From: Carpediemonas membranifera BICM
Taxonomy: Eukaryota; Protista; Fornicata
Direction: 5' to 3'
Assembly (NCBI GenBank): GCA_019828565.1
Contig: JAHDYR010000007.1
Coordinates: 791,333-855,332, forward strand
Length of the DNA stretch: 64,000 nt
Part shown: in pieces, positions 31,798 through 42,376 of the stretch
How the letters are laid out: each line of letters starts with the position of its first letter
Numbering within the stretch: position 1 is the first letter of the stretch
Position numbers and translations under genes: made by a program
The notes under the pieces: model-generated
Seen by the model: only the letters and a program-made list of their open reading frames with translations
Databases searched by the model: none
What the model was told of the DNA's origin: nothing

Positions 31798-32334
31798 CTA
31801 CTTCTCGACAAACTTGACGCCCTCCTTGCTCTCGTCGCCGGCATTAAACAGCCGCGCCTTGCCCTGTTTCTCCAGCACACCCATGACTCTCCTGAACAGC
31901 GCCCTGTCCATCTTGTAGAACTCTTCGTTCTTTGACTCGTCCGACTCCAAGAGCTCAAACGCAGTCACGACAGTGCCGACATTGCCCACACGATAGGCCC
32001 AGTTGTAGATGATATCAGCCCAGTCGTCAAGTGTGCGCAGGACGATAGTGGCGCGGAGCTTCTCCTTGCCCTCCCACTGGGCTGTGCCGTGAGAGACCAT
32101 AAAGTCAATGATGGCGCGCGCCATGTCGATGGTTACTTGACGGGAGATGCTCTTGTTGTGGAAAAGATCATTTGAGAGCATGTCGCCAACTGGGAAGTGA
32201 GTAATTTTGTTGAAACGGCAGTACGACTGAACGAGGCTTCCCCACATCTCAAGCTGTTTCGTCTGTGTCTCTAAGTTTGGCTGCAGTGTATAAAATGGCG
32301 GCAAATTGTGGTAGCTCGGAAAGGAGAACGACAT
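31798..32334 (-). CDS. VPS25: ESCRT-II subunit Vps25
   Basis: FSFPSYHNLPPFYTLQPN N-terminus and GVKF C-terminus. Confidence 0.93.
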   Translation of the reverse strand: MSFSFPSYHNLPPFYTLQPNLETQTKQLEMWGSLVQSYCRFNKITHFPVGDMLSNDLFHNKSISRQVTIDMARAIIDFMVSHGTAQWEGKEKLRATIVLRTLDDWADIIYNWAYRVGNVGTVVTAFELLESDESKNEEFYKMDRALFRRVMGVLEKQGKARLFNAGDESKEGVKFVEK

Positions 32335-32531
32335 CAGAGGTTTGTCGAATGGATGCGCAAATATGGCAAAACAGGTTCTGGCCCTGATGCATGCCAACGC
32401 ATGTATTGAGGATGAAACAGCATCTAGCCAACTATCGCAAGCCTGCACTCATATCCTTTTCAAGTGGCACGGCAACATTTACACTGGAATATCCAGGGGG
32501 CATATACTACTACTATCTACACGGTGGCAAA

Positions 32532-32843
32532 TTACTTAGCCATGTTGCGGGTCATGTAGTCGTGAATAACAGTAGTGATCTTCTTTTGGAAAGAAAAGAC
32601 ATCGTTCTGGTGGATCTGGACCGAGATGCGGTCCTTTCCTACAGACGCACGAACGAGACAATAGGCTTCAATACGCTTGGCGTCCGAGGGATGCCCTATC
32701 TCGTATTCTGCGTACTTTTTGTGACGAAGAAGGCGTTTCGGCGGGTTAGTGGCACGCTTGATGCTCAAATGTACGTTCCCATCATTTCTTTGGAGGAGTC
32801 TCGCAAGCTCCTCGGAGAAATTATCCACGGATAGCAGTTTCAT
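32532..32843 (-). CDS. SRP14: Signal recognition particle subunit SRP14
   Basis: LLSVDNFSEELARL, VHLSIKR, CLVRA..GKDRIS. Confidence 0.82.
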   Translation of the reverse strand: MKLLSVDNFSEELARLLQRNDGNVHLSIKRATNPPKRLLRHKKYAEYEIGHPSDAKRIEAYCLVRASVGKDRISVQIHQNDVFSFQKKITTVIHDYMTRNMAK

Positions 32844-32917
32844 GGCTGTTTAGGCGTCTGTTGTCTTCGTCCGCTTTTTTTCATGAAAAAAGTTGAGGAG
32901 ACAACGGTTGGAAGTTC

Positions 32918-33610
32918 ATGAGCGGCGCCTCTGGCGGATCAGATTATGAGGGATCTGAATATGATGAGCCTTCATTTGGTAGCTCTGGCATTCTTACGCC
33001 GATTGTACATGACGAACCCGAGAAATCGCAGCCCAGGTCCAGAGCGCTCTCGGGATCAGCTATCAACGTTGCTCCTGAAGGCCCACTAACTCTCCCACCA
33101 TTAGTAGGTCCCGGAGCGCCCGCCGCACCCGCCGAGCATCCGCAGCTCCCAGCAATGATCGCCCGCCGTCCAGGTGGGAGTGGGCGACGAGGAAAGCTCT
33201 ATAAGGCCTGGCAGTATGACGCACTCGCTGCTTTCTTCAACTACAACGCGTACCCCGACAAGACAGCGCAGCGTGGCATCGCGAGGTTTCTGGGTCTCGA
33301 GCTCGTTCAGATCAGAGGGTGGTTTCAAAACCAGAGGAACAGAAGCAAGACAAGCAAGCTATCGCACGCAACACGCATGACGGACGTGGAGCTATGCTCG
33401 GTGTACAACGACACGGCAGCCCCCCACCCCGCCGTCGAAGCCGAGCTGACCGAGTCGGCCATGCCCCATCCACCGGCGGAGACCATCATCCCTCTCGCAT
33501 CGCAGGACGAGGCAGTGCAGGTGTCTATGATGCCCGACGTTGTTGGGGAGCTGTACCTCTCTGGGCAGCTGGACGGCATGGTAGACGGACTGGGGTCAGT
33601 GTATTCATAG
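32918..33610 (+). CDS. Homeodomain protein
   Basis: LAAFFNYNAYPD...IARFLGL...IRGWFQNQR. Confidence 0.88.
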   Translation: MSGASGGSDYEGSEYDEPSFGSSGILTPIVHDEPEKSQPRSRALSGSAINVAPEGPLTLPPLVGPGAPAAPAEHPQLPAMIARRPGGSGRRGKLYKAWQYDALAAFFNYNAYPDKTAQRGIARFLGLELVQIRGWFQNQRNRSKTSKLSHATRMTDVELCSVYNDTAAPHPAVEAELTESAMPHPPAETIIPLASQDEAVQVSMMPDVVGELYLSGQLDGMVDGLGSVYS

Positions 33611-33739
33611 GTCGTTGTTACGTTGTTACTTTACTCTATAATATCTGGATACAAGCCATGTAAACAGGTCGCCGGTCATTGTGCTTCCATGGCTTGGCCA
33701 GGGTGGGAAGTGGCATGGATTCTCATTCAACCAATGGAC

Positions 33740-34378
33740 TCACTGCAGCAACGCACTCCCACTCCTGATAGACTGCTGTACCGCTGGCCGCTTTGCCTTG
33801 TTCTGCGATGCCCCCACGAGCCACCTGAAGAGCGTGAACACGCCTTCGCCCTCCAACGCCGAGCCCTCCATGACCCTAAACTGCCTGGTAGTCAGCCACG
33901 GCACGTTCTCCAGTCCGAAGTCATGCACAATAGTCTCGAAGCCCGCGAATGTGTCGTCCACATCGCTCTTGTTGACGAAGAGGAGCAATGGCTTTGACAA
34001 AAGTGCGGGGTCCTCGGCCACGCGGAGGAATTCTTCCCTGCTTTCTTCGTATGTGTTCATGTTGGCACCGTCCATGACGAATAGGATGGCGTCGGCCCCG
34101 GTGAGGTGATTGAACCAAGAGTCGCGGAAGTGCTCCTGGCCGCCGAGCTCAATAAGGAGACACTTCTTGCCAAACATCTTGCATTCGCCCTGGTTCATTC
34201 CAATAGAGCTCGAATGGGTGCCTACAAGGATTCCGCTGCCTCGCTTCTCATTCTTTGTGCTCGCCATGATCTGCAGCACGCGCATCATCGTGCTCGTCTT
34301 CCCAGCTCCAGATATCCCGACAATCATGAGCCGTAGAGGCTTGCTACCGGGCAAACACTTCGAAAACACCGCTCCCAT
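33740..34378 (-). CDS. Arf-like small GTPase
   Basis: N-terminal MG, GISGAGKT, ELGGQ, NKSD, GSAL. Confidence 0.88.
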   Translation of the reverse strand: MGAVFSKCLPGSKPLRLMIVGISGAGKTSTMMRVLQIMASTKNEKRGSGILVGTHSSSIGMNQGECKMFGKKCLLIELGGQEHFRDSWFNHLTGADAILFVMDGANMNTYEESREEFLRVAEDPALLSKPLLLFVNKSDVDDTFAGFETIVHDFGLENVPWLTTRQFRVMEGSALEGEGVFTLFRWLVGASQNKAKRPAVQQSIRSGSALLQ

Positions 34379-34404
34379 TGCCTCAAAGAGGTTCAGGCTG
34401 GCGT

Positions 34405-34414
34405 GCAGTTTATG
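34405..34414. promoter_or_regulatory. Candidate cis-element GCAGTTTATG (one of seven exact intergenic copies)
   Basis: Also at 1584, 1652 (reverse complement), 36436, 36518, 45808 and 60727. Confidence 0.55.
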
Positions 34415-34587
34415 AAATACGTCGTGACATCGACGCCAGCGAAGATCAGGTACGCTGGACAGGCCGGGGTATGTGTGCCCAGCTCTCGAGAGCATATCGA
34501 AAATAATTTATCAGATCATCTCGAGCCGAAGATCGGAACTCATGCCGACGAAGACTAGAAAGTGTCCAAATTTATCCGCAAAAAGAC

Positions 34588-35475
34588 TCATTCAACGACG
34601 TCCCACCCGACAATGTCAGCAACGCCACCCACTACCGCGTCCGGGATGACACCCATGCTCTCCGCCATCTCATGCCACGACTCTGCCGGAGTCACTCCCG
34701 TCAGGACGAGGATGGACGTCGACCCGCCCCGGACCGCAAGCTCAATGTCCGTTGACAGTCGGTCGCCGACAATAACGCAGTCCTTGCGGTCGATGCCGTA
34801 CATCTCCTCGAGAGCCTCGTACACGAACGGCTCGGGCTTGCCCATGACCTCTGGCTGCCGGCCCGAGCAGCCGATGAGTGCGGAGACGACCGTGTTCGCT
34901 CCCGGCAGCATGGAATGGGCGCCGGGGAAGGTAGGGTCTCGGTTGGTGGCGATGAAGGCGACCTCGGGCTTCAGCAAGTACTGCAACGCTTGAGCGAGCG
35001 AGCTATAGTTCAAATCCTGCGTGGCGCCCGCTACTACGGCTTGCACGGCCGGGTCTGTGAAGGAATCGCCGTCGATGTCGTTGGGGTTCATGGAGAAGTC
35101 AGCCTCGATCGCCTCGATTCCAGAACTCTTCAGATACGACACCATGTTGGTGTTGGCGAGGAGGAAGACCTTCTTGACGCCCCTGGCACTCAGAACCTTG
35201 GCCGTGACCAGGGGGGCGCTGATGACCTGGTCCTCAGTGGCAGTGATGCCAATACGGGCAAGCTTGGAGGTTAGATGGGCCGGTGTGCCACCAGAGTTGT
35301 TGGTAACGAAGAAGACCTTCTTCGTGGGGCTCAGGCTGTTCACAAACTCAGCGGCGGATGGCAATCCGACGCCAGACCGCCATAGAACACCGTCACAATC
35401 GAAGAGGATGACTTTCTTCTTCCGTATGATCTCTTTGGCACGATCAGAGCTGAATAGGGATTCTGTGCTCACCAT
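34588..35475 (-). CDS. HAD class IIA phosphatase (phosphoglycolate/4-nitrophenyl phosphatase-like)
   Basis: LFDCDGVLW, VTNNS, ATNRD, GKP, GDRLSTDI, VLTGV. Confidence 0.92.
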   Translation of the reverse strand: MVSTESLFSSDRAKEIIRKKKVILFDCDGVLWRSGVGLPSAAEFVNSLSPTKKVFFVTNNSGGTPAHLTSKLARIGITATEDQVISAPLVTAKVLSARGVKKVFLLANTNMVSYLKSSGIEAIEADFSMNPNDIDGDSFTDPAVQAVVAGATQDLNYSSLAQALQYLLKPEVAFIATNRDPTFPGAHSMLPGANTVVSALIGCSGRQPEVMGKPEPFVYEALEEMYGIDRKDCVIVGDRLSTDIELAVRGGSTSILVLTGVTPAESWHEMAESMGVIPDAVVGGVADIVGWDVVE

Positions 35476-36864
35476 TTGCTCAGCAGGTTTCTGATGTGAC
35501 CCATGGGCATCAGATTCACTGCCGGCAAGGCAATGAGCAGGGGCCAGAGGGACGCCCGTGTCGAATGCCAACCAGGTGGGCGTCGGTTGGTCACCCTGCT
35601 TCGTGTCCAGCACGGCCAGGACAGCGGGCTCTGGAATAAGGTCATAATTTAGTGGTGAGAGACAAGTTGATACAAGGAGTGGTGGTTGAAGAGAGATTTC
35701 TGTTGGTAATTGTTGTTGTCGTGAGTTGATTTGATGAAGGAGTCATGTATGGTCGTGCATGCGTACAGGGGCGACGGGACAGGGCTTCCACACCGAAGAA
35801 TACTCAGTGCAACACGATGCCGCGTGCAAGATACCGTATATCATGGCCAATATTGGGTCAATTTGAAAACCGCCGTGTCAACGAAGGGTGTTGGAGGAAC
35901 TGGAGAATGGGACGGAGAAGGGATGATTCAACCTCGTGTTTCAGTGAATGATCTGAGATATAAGCAGCGATGCTCTTCCTAATACGTCTCGCACCGCGTC
36001 ATGCCGCTTCATTGCAACCCAACTGCCGCTGGCGGTTCGTACAAGCACGTTATCGCTAATAAGGTGTTCAATTCGGTCTAAGGAGTCGTGTTTGATAAGG
36101 TTTTCGATCATGTATGTGGTCTTGTCCCGTTCTTTCACCCAATCCGCACCCAGACAAGAATACACGCAAATCATTGCGTATCAGCAAACTGACACGTGGA
36201 TCTGACGAAACTGCGGGAGTGACACACAGTGCCATCAAGGGATACTGCATGGGTTGCAGACTTTCAGTCAGACGCACCCTTCAGTTGCCGTGATGTGGAG
36301 CCCCACGCCTACCGCAGACCATTTGATGCTCTGTAATCGCGTCCGGTGTCGATTTCTCATTGATTGCAACTCGATGAGCGCGCCTGTCTGATCAGATTCG
36401 CTGCCAAATCGCTGCGAGTTTGACGAACTCAATTCGCAGTTTATGACATGACGTCTTTGTACATATCTCTAGCTTGCTATGTCTGCATCATGGCCGCCTG
36501 CGCGGCGTCTGGCCCGAGCAGTTTATGACAGCGTCCTTGTGGTATTTAGAGGGTTTATGTGGAGGATTCATGTAAAGGTGACTTAAGCTGTCGACCCCCC
36601 TGGGATGAACTCCAGAGGACTGAACAGGTTCAGTCTGACGGCCCACCTGTCGTATACCAGAAGGGTAGCGGACATGAGGGCGTCGGCGATGGTAAGAGCG
36701 ACTTTATCTGGGCGGGATCTTGGTTCTCGCTTTAGACTCAACAATTCTACAACCACACCGCCCAACAGGACATCTCGTTCTGCCTGAGGCAAGGCTACTC
36801 GGCCGTTGACTACTAAGCACCCCACCCTACCCGCGCCTTACCCTTTACGTGAGTTGGCTCATAA

Positions 36865-37908
36865 ATGGATGATTCTAATCCTGCGCGGCACAACGTCTCC
36901 ACGCTAGTCGCCATGGAACAGTTTGAGCGGTATTACGCCATTGTTAGTGAGTGGTCTCAGATTTCTGAAACCAAGCTTCTTTCTTTCCCCCAGATTGAGC
37001 ACGCCTGGGCCCTGTTTAAGCCCCATTTCTACACGCAACCGTCCGATTTCACGTCAGCTGCCATCGTTCTTTCTGTTTTTGTCCCCGTGTTCTTTGTGTT
37101 TGTTTCCGCTTCCCGTTCTAATGCAGTTACCGTTCACTCACCAAAGCTTTCGGTTTGCGACTCGGCAAGCTCTTCGGCCTCAAGCTGAAGGACGCCGCAA
37201 AGTTCTCCGAGTCCCTCCTTTTCTTCGTGACGTACACGTCCTTTTTCATCATCTCCGCGACCACCGCCATCCACGACGGCTACATGTTTAACCCGGTCGA
37301 AGTCTACACGGACAACACCAACATTTCTTTCTGGGCCTATTTCGTCATGTATGCGGAGCTGAGCCACTACATCACCTCGCTCATTCTCATGTTCTCCGAT
37401 GTCCGCAACAAGCACAAGGACATTCCAATCATGCTCACGCACCACATCATCACCCTTTCCCTCATGACCATGGCCTTCGTCGGTAAGGGGCAGTACAAGC
37501 TCTTCCTGCAGACCATCGCCTTCCACGACTTTACCGACATTTTCCTCGAGGGCTCCAAGCTAGTCCATTACATGGTGGGCGACCCCCTTTCCGGTTTGTA
37601 CCACAACGCTCCCTCACACAGGCATCCCGTTCGTCATGTTCGCCGCTTCCTTCGCCTACACCCGCATCTACATGCTCCCCAAGCACATTTTCCTGCCGAT
37701 CACCCAATACGGCAACGCCCTCAACGACGGCGACATGTTCCTGCACAAAGCGTTCGTCGGCTTCTTCTGGGGCCTTTACACGCTCCACCTGGCCTGGATG
37801 TGGATGATTATCCGCATGTGCTGGGGCATTGTCAAGGGCACCGTGCGGGGTGACATCCGCAGCGACGGCGAGGGTGAGCGCGTCAAGGGAAAGAAGGTGC
37901 AGGCATAA
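36865..37908 (+). CDS. Ceramide synthase (Lag1/TLC domain), 3 exons
   Basis: Lag1 motif HKD...HHIIT...HDFTDIFLE and C-terminal DIRSD. Introns 37098-37126 and 37594-37621 join three ORF-track frames. Confidence 0.9.
37098..37126 (+). other. Spliceosomal intron, 29 nt
   Basis: GTTTGT...TCTAATGCAG; restores the frame. Confidence 0.88.
37594..37621 (+). other. Spliceosomal intron, 28 nt
   Basis: GTTTGT...CCTCACACAG; restores the frame. Confidence 0.9.
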
Positions 37909-38032
37909 GTTCGTTAAATGACGCCGTGTACTCGTCTGAATGGCGTCGGTGCGTGCTGAACCCTGAATGGAGCCTGGATGACACTGATAACAACGGGACC
38001 CGGCTCGCCGACAACTTTATCTAACCGCTAAT

Positions 38033-39655
38033 CTACATCGCGATGGCGCCGTACTCCTTCGTCCACTCCCGCAGCTGCTCCATCAGCTTGGGCGTTGTAC
38101 TCGGCCGCACCGCACTCATCGCCCGTTCGAAATCGTTCCGGTTCATCGGTCTCAGGTCACCCACGTCGAGCTCCCGGAGCTGTGCCGCAGGAACCTCACG
38201 CACGGGGAAGAAGGCGGCTTCTCGAGCGAGGGAGGCGAGGTCGCTTCCGCTGTAGTTGGCCGCCGCTCGAGCCACGGCCTTGATGTCCACGGGGCTCAGG
38301 CCGTGCTTCTGCTTCCTCAGCATCGTGTTCAGCATCGCCTCCCGACCTTCAGCGTCAGGCAGTGGGATGAGCAGTCTCTTGGGGAATCGCCGCAGCACGG
38401 CGTCGTCGAGCTCCATGGGCCGGTTAGTGGCGGCTAGCACGACCACGCGGTCCTCGTCCCCGGCCACGACGCCGTCCATACGGACTAAGAACTCCGTCTT
38501 GAGTCGTCTAGAGGCCTCGTGCTCGTTGGACGACCGGGCCGAGAGGATCGAGTCGATCTCGTCGATAAAGATAATGGCCGGCTGCAGGGCGTGGGCGACC
38601 GTGAACAGGGCCCGCATGAGCTTCTCGCTCTCGCCCACGAACTTGCTGACGAGGGACGAGGCGCTGATACTGAAGAACACGGCGTCCGTCTCGGAGGCCA
38701 GCGCCTTGGCGATCATCGTCTTGCCGTTGCCGGGTGGGCCGTAGACCAGCAGACCCTTGGGCGGGGCTCTGAGGCCGGTGAAGAACTCCGGCTTGAGAGC
38801 GGGGAGAACGATGAGCTCGTTGAGGGCGTTCTTCACGTCAGAAAGCCCGGCGATGTCATCAAAGGTCACGTTCAGCGAGGTTGACACGCACTCGCTCAGG
38901 ATAGTTTCCCGCAACGCCTTGTCGATCTTGGAAGCCTCGGGGTGGGCCTCGATCTTCTTCACCAGCCCCTCGTAGTCGTCCTTGTCCGTCTTACCCTGCC
39001 CTCTCGAGTGCTGCTTGTTGGTATGACCGGCTCTTGGCGTGTGCGGCCCGTGCGTGGCCCGGGGCCTCCTGCTGATCGGCGTCCGGGTGGATGAGGTCCT
39101 GGACGGCGTCCTGGACGGTGTCCTGGGCTGTGTCCGAGAGGGCGTCCTCGGAGCAGTCGGGGTGCTGGACTCTAGCCGAGCTGTGGGTGTCCGCGACCTC
39201 TCTATCTTCTTTGGGACGATATGCGAGGGAATCGACGAGTGTGGCTTGGCCCTCTCGGCCGAGCGGGAGCGGGCCGTCGGGGTCGGGGGCTGCAGCGTGG
39301 GTGGCTTGGTGCTCCTCTCTAGTGCTGCGGTAATGCGGTCGACTGCCAGGTACTTGGGGAGGTCTTCTCGGGCTGGAACTTTCACGTTTTGCTGCGTCTT
39401 CAGAATTTTGAGGCGATCCCAGCACATGGGATAGTACCTGAGGAGCTTCTTGATCATTTCACGGGTCTCATCCTCGATGAACGGGTTCTTGGCCTGTCTG
39501 AAGAGCTCGTTACTGCACTGAATCATCTGAATATAGTGGGCAACTGCCTCGTCGCGGAAGCCTTGCTCCTCGGCACCCACTCCTTCGGTAGCGCTACGCA
39601 TAGCCATGTCAAAGGACGAAGAGATCGACTTCTGGCTCTTACCATCCGTGCTCAT
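38033..39655 (-). CDS. SPAST: Spastin-like microtubule-severing AAA ATPase
   Basis: MIT-like N-terminus, RTPS-rich linker, GPPGNGKT, FIDEID, EHEASRRLKTEFL, ATNRP. Confidence 0.88.
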   Translation of the reverse strand: MSTDGKSQKSISSSFDMAMRSATEGVGAEEQGFRDEAVAHYIQMIQCSNELFRQAKNPFIEDETREMIKKLLRYYPMCWDRLKILKTQQNVKVPAREDLPKYLAVDRITAALERSTKPPTLQPPTPTARSRSAERAKPHSSIPSHIVPKKIERSRTPTARLESSTPTAPRTPSRTQPRTPSRTPSRTSSTRTPISRRPRATHGPHTPRAGHTNKQHSRGQGKTDKDDYEGLVKKIEAHPEASKIDKALRETILSECVSTSLNVTFDDIAGLSDVKNALNELIVLPALKPEFFTGLRAPPKGLLVYGPPGNGKTMIAKALASETDAVFFSISASSLVSKFVGESEKLMRALFTVAHALQPAIIFIDEIDSILSARSSNEHEASRRLKTEFLVRMDGVVAGDEDRVVVLAATNRPMELDDAVLRRFPKRLLIPLPDAEGREAMLNTMLRKQKHGLSPVDIKAVARAAANYSGSDLASLAREAAFFPVREVPAAQLRELDVGDLRPMNRNDFERAMSAVRPSTTPKLMEQLREWTKEYGAIAM

Positions 39656-40008
39656 CGATTGGGACTCGGTATGAAAACCTGACCGGCGCGCAGTTTTAGC
39701 ACAGCACCATCCGGCGGGCTGGAGCGCATGCATACGCTTTAATGCACTACTGTACCTCGCATTTTCCTTGCCCTATTGCTCTGGTACCGCAGTCTCGGCC
39801 GTGGCACCCATGGTCGACCCCATGGCCTCAGCCCCCAATCGGGACGGCGGAGGCCGACCTTCGGGTCATTCAACGACTTTCCCGGCCGCTCGACTGTCGT
39901 CATTATGGCCAGTGGCCTCGGCGTGCAGAATGAAGTCGTCACTTCATCGAAGCGTTGAGCACTTCGGATCTGCCCCTCGCGCACCCACCAGGCCATTTGC
40001 CCACAGAC

Positions 40009-40581
40009 ATGCCGAATTGGACGAAGCCTTCAGTGTTTATCCGCAAGATGGGCATCACGAAGCGCTGCATGAGCACAACGATCGTCCTCGCGCAGAAGTA
40101 CTACTTCCAGGCGGCACCAACGCTGGACGCCATGGCGGGTGGCCCCATTCCAACAGATCTGCTCTGTGCTGCTTGCCTTTGCATCGCCGTGAAGATTGCG
40201 AGCGACTTTGGGCCCGACTCCTTCGAGCCGCCCGTCCACGAGTATCTGGTGCTCAAGCATGTCTGCCGCCACGGCTCCGCGCCCACGGCGGATCAGCTGG
40301 ACATCCGCAACTCCAAGGCCCGCTTTGCCACCACCGAGTGCAGCGTCCTCGCGACCATCGGCTTCGAGAACCTCGCGCCCTCGCTTCCCCACGGCAAGCT
40401 GCTCGAGATCCTGCCCCAGGGCATTGCAGGCTCAGTTGTTGAGCTCGCATGGGCAATCCTGAACGACTCGTGCTCCCTCCCCGAGTCGATCGAGCGCGAC
40501 CCCGCCGCAATGGCAGAGGCCGCCTTGAAGAAGGCCGTGAGTATGGCCGGCCACACCGCATCCGCGCACGCGCACGTCTGA
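40009..40581 (+). CDS. Divergent cyclin (transcriptional cyclin-like), copy 1
   Basis: AACLCIAVK, ECSVLATIGFE, PH and AWAILNDS cyclin-box motifs. Confidence 0.72.
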   Translation: MPNWTKPSVFIRKMGITKRCMSTTIVLAQKYYFQAAPTLDAMAGGPIPTDLLCAACLCIAVKIASDFGPDSFEPPVHEYLVLKHVCRHGSAPTADQLDIRNSKARFATTECSVLATIGFENLAPSLPHGKLLEILPQGIAGSVVELAWAILNDSCSLPESIERDPAAMAEAALKKAVSMAGHTASAHAHV

Positions 40582-40765
40582 GGTGGCGGTTGCCCCGCCC
40601 AAGAAAGCTGCGTCCACCGGGCGAAGCCGAATGGTCCAGCTGCCCGCAGCCGGCCCAGCATGCTTTAAATCACGCGAGGCGACTGGATTCTCTCAAATCT
40701 GAAGATACGGCAAATATGATCCGGATCATGCCCGCTGCCCTGACACAATCGACAACAAACCGCCA

Positions 40766-42286
40766 ATGGCGCTGACAGACAACGAAAGTAGCTCTGAAGC
40801 GCCGTCAATTCCATTCATAGCACCGCCATCTATCGTCCGCAGCCGCGAGTTCATGGAGGCGCTTCGTAAGCTGCATTCCACCACCGGATTGGGCGCCGGG
40901 CTGAAGAAAGAGCCCATTGTTGGCCACAGGGTGCTCAATATGCTCCATTTGTTCATTCTCGTCCAAGCCCATGGAGGCCTGCACGTTGTCGTGCTCTACA
41001 AGCGGTTCAAGGTCATCGCCGGCAACCTCGGGCTCCCGTCGAGCGTCACCAACGCTGGCTACGTGCTCCGTCGGAACTATGAGCGCTACATCCACCCCCA
41101 CGAGCATTCCCTTGCCGCCATGTTCTCGATCGACTGCACCCAGCCCCACAGCCCACCCCCGACCGACGGGCTGGAGACCAAGCGGTGCAACGACGACGAG
41201 AGTGAGGATGACAGGGTACTCTCCCCGCTACCGTGGGTGGACTCAACCAGCACGCATGGGGCGCTGGCCGAGGTCCTGGACTTTTTTGTCTCTGCATGCG
41301 CACCAGCCGGCACCGAGGAGTCCGGGGACCAGGATGACTTCCTTTTCGACCAAGAGCTGGCAGAATACCGTCGGAGCTGGTCAAGCGTCTACCGCCCCCT
41401 GCTTCACTTCCTCCAGGCCATGAGCGGGAGGGCCCTGCCCCACATCCTGCGGACATGGCCTCACCGCACGCTGCCTCTCGTTAGGCTTAGCGGCCTGACT
41501 GATGAGGTGGCGTTCAGGTCGACCCTCAGCCCCGCTGTTAGTAGACTCGTTGTGAGCGGTTCGACCAACTTTACCGGGCGGGCGTGGCCCACGGGAAGTG
41601 GGGTCCGTCACCTTGAGGTCTACTGGGCGGGGCTGGACGCGGACGTGCTATGGGCCGCGTTGGGCACGTACCCGGATGTGCAAACGCTGGCAGTGACTTA
41701 CTCGTCCTTCGACTTCTCCGGCATGCCGGAAATGGACTCCCTGACTCGACTGAGTCTGGCGCAGTGTTCGGCGGAGATTGCTGGCTCACTTGTGACAATC
41801 TCAAATCGATGCCCACAGCTGGCTGCGATGAAGCTCTCGTTCACGACAAATGATGAGACTGTCTCACAACTAACCCTCCCACCGACCGGCTGTCTGTTTC
41901 CTGCAGTAACCGACCTCATTCTCTCCGGCTGCAGGGTCGACATGGGGTCGATCGCCCAGTCGTTCCCCAGACTGACCCGACTTTGTCTGAGTCAGTGCAC
42001 GATAGTACCAGCGGATGCCACCGACAATCCTCTCGATCCAAGAATGGCAAACGGCTGCTGTCTCGAGCGACACATGCCACACCTCGAGGTGCTTTGGATC
42101 AGAGGCTGCTCGGGTCGACTGTCAACCGCCCTGCCAGCAACCCACACAATGACGCTCACCCTCCGCTTTAAGGGAGGGAAGGCAGCACCCACAGAGGGAG
42201 AGGCGAGGGACCACCCGCCGCCTATGCTGGACGTGGCCGATGGGCCCGAGACCGACATGGATACAGTCGAGACGGGGCCTCGCTAG
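40766..42286 (+). CDS. ARID DNA-binding domain fused to leucine-rich repeats
   Basis: PIVGHRVLNMLHLFILVQAHGG...LRRNYERYI (ARID); C-terminal LxxLxL repeats. Confidence 0.82.
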   Translation: MALTDNESSSEAPSIPFIAPPSIVRSREFMEALRKLHSTTGLGAGLKKEPIVGHRVLNMLHLFILVQAHGGLHVVVLYKRFKVIAGNLGLPSSVTNAGYVLRRNYERYIHPHEHSLAAMFSIDCTQPHSPPPTDGLETKRCNDDESEDDRVLSPLPWVDSTSTHGALAEVLDFFVSACAPAGTEESGDQDDFLFDQELAEYRRSWSSVYRPLLHFLQAMSGRALPHILRTWPHRTLPLVRLSGLTDEVAFRSTLSPAVSRLVVSGSTNFTGRAWPTGSGVRHLEVYWAGLDADVLWAALGTYPDVQTLAVTYSSFDFSGMPEMDSLTRLSLAQCSAEIAGSLVTISNRCPQLAAMKLSFTTNDETVSQLTLPPTGCLFPAVTDLILSGCRVDMGSIAQSFPRLTRLCLSQCTIVPADATDNPLDPRMANGCCLERHMPHLEVLWIRGCSGRLSTALPATHTMTLTLRFKGGKAAPTEGEARDHPPPMLDVADGPETDMDTVETGPR

Positions 42287-42376
42287 TGTTGGGATCGCCG
42301 GAGAGCTAGATTGTAAAATAGTAGACATATCGTACCCGAGAGTTTAATTTAAGCCAACGATCCAACCCCGTTGACC

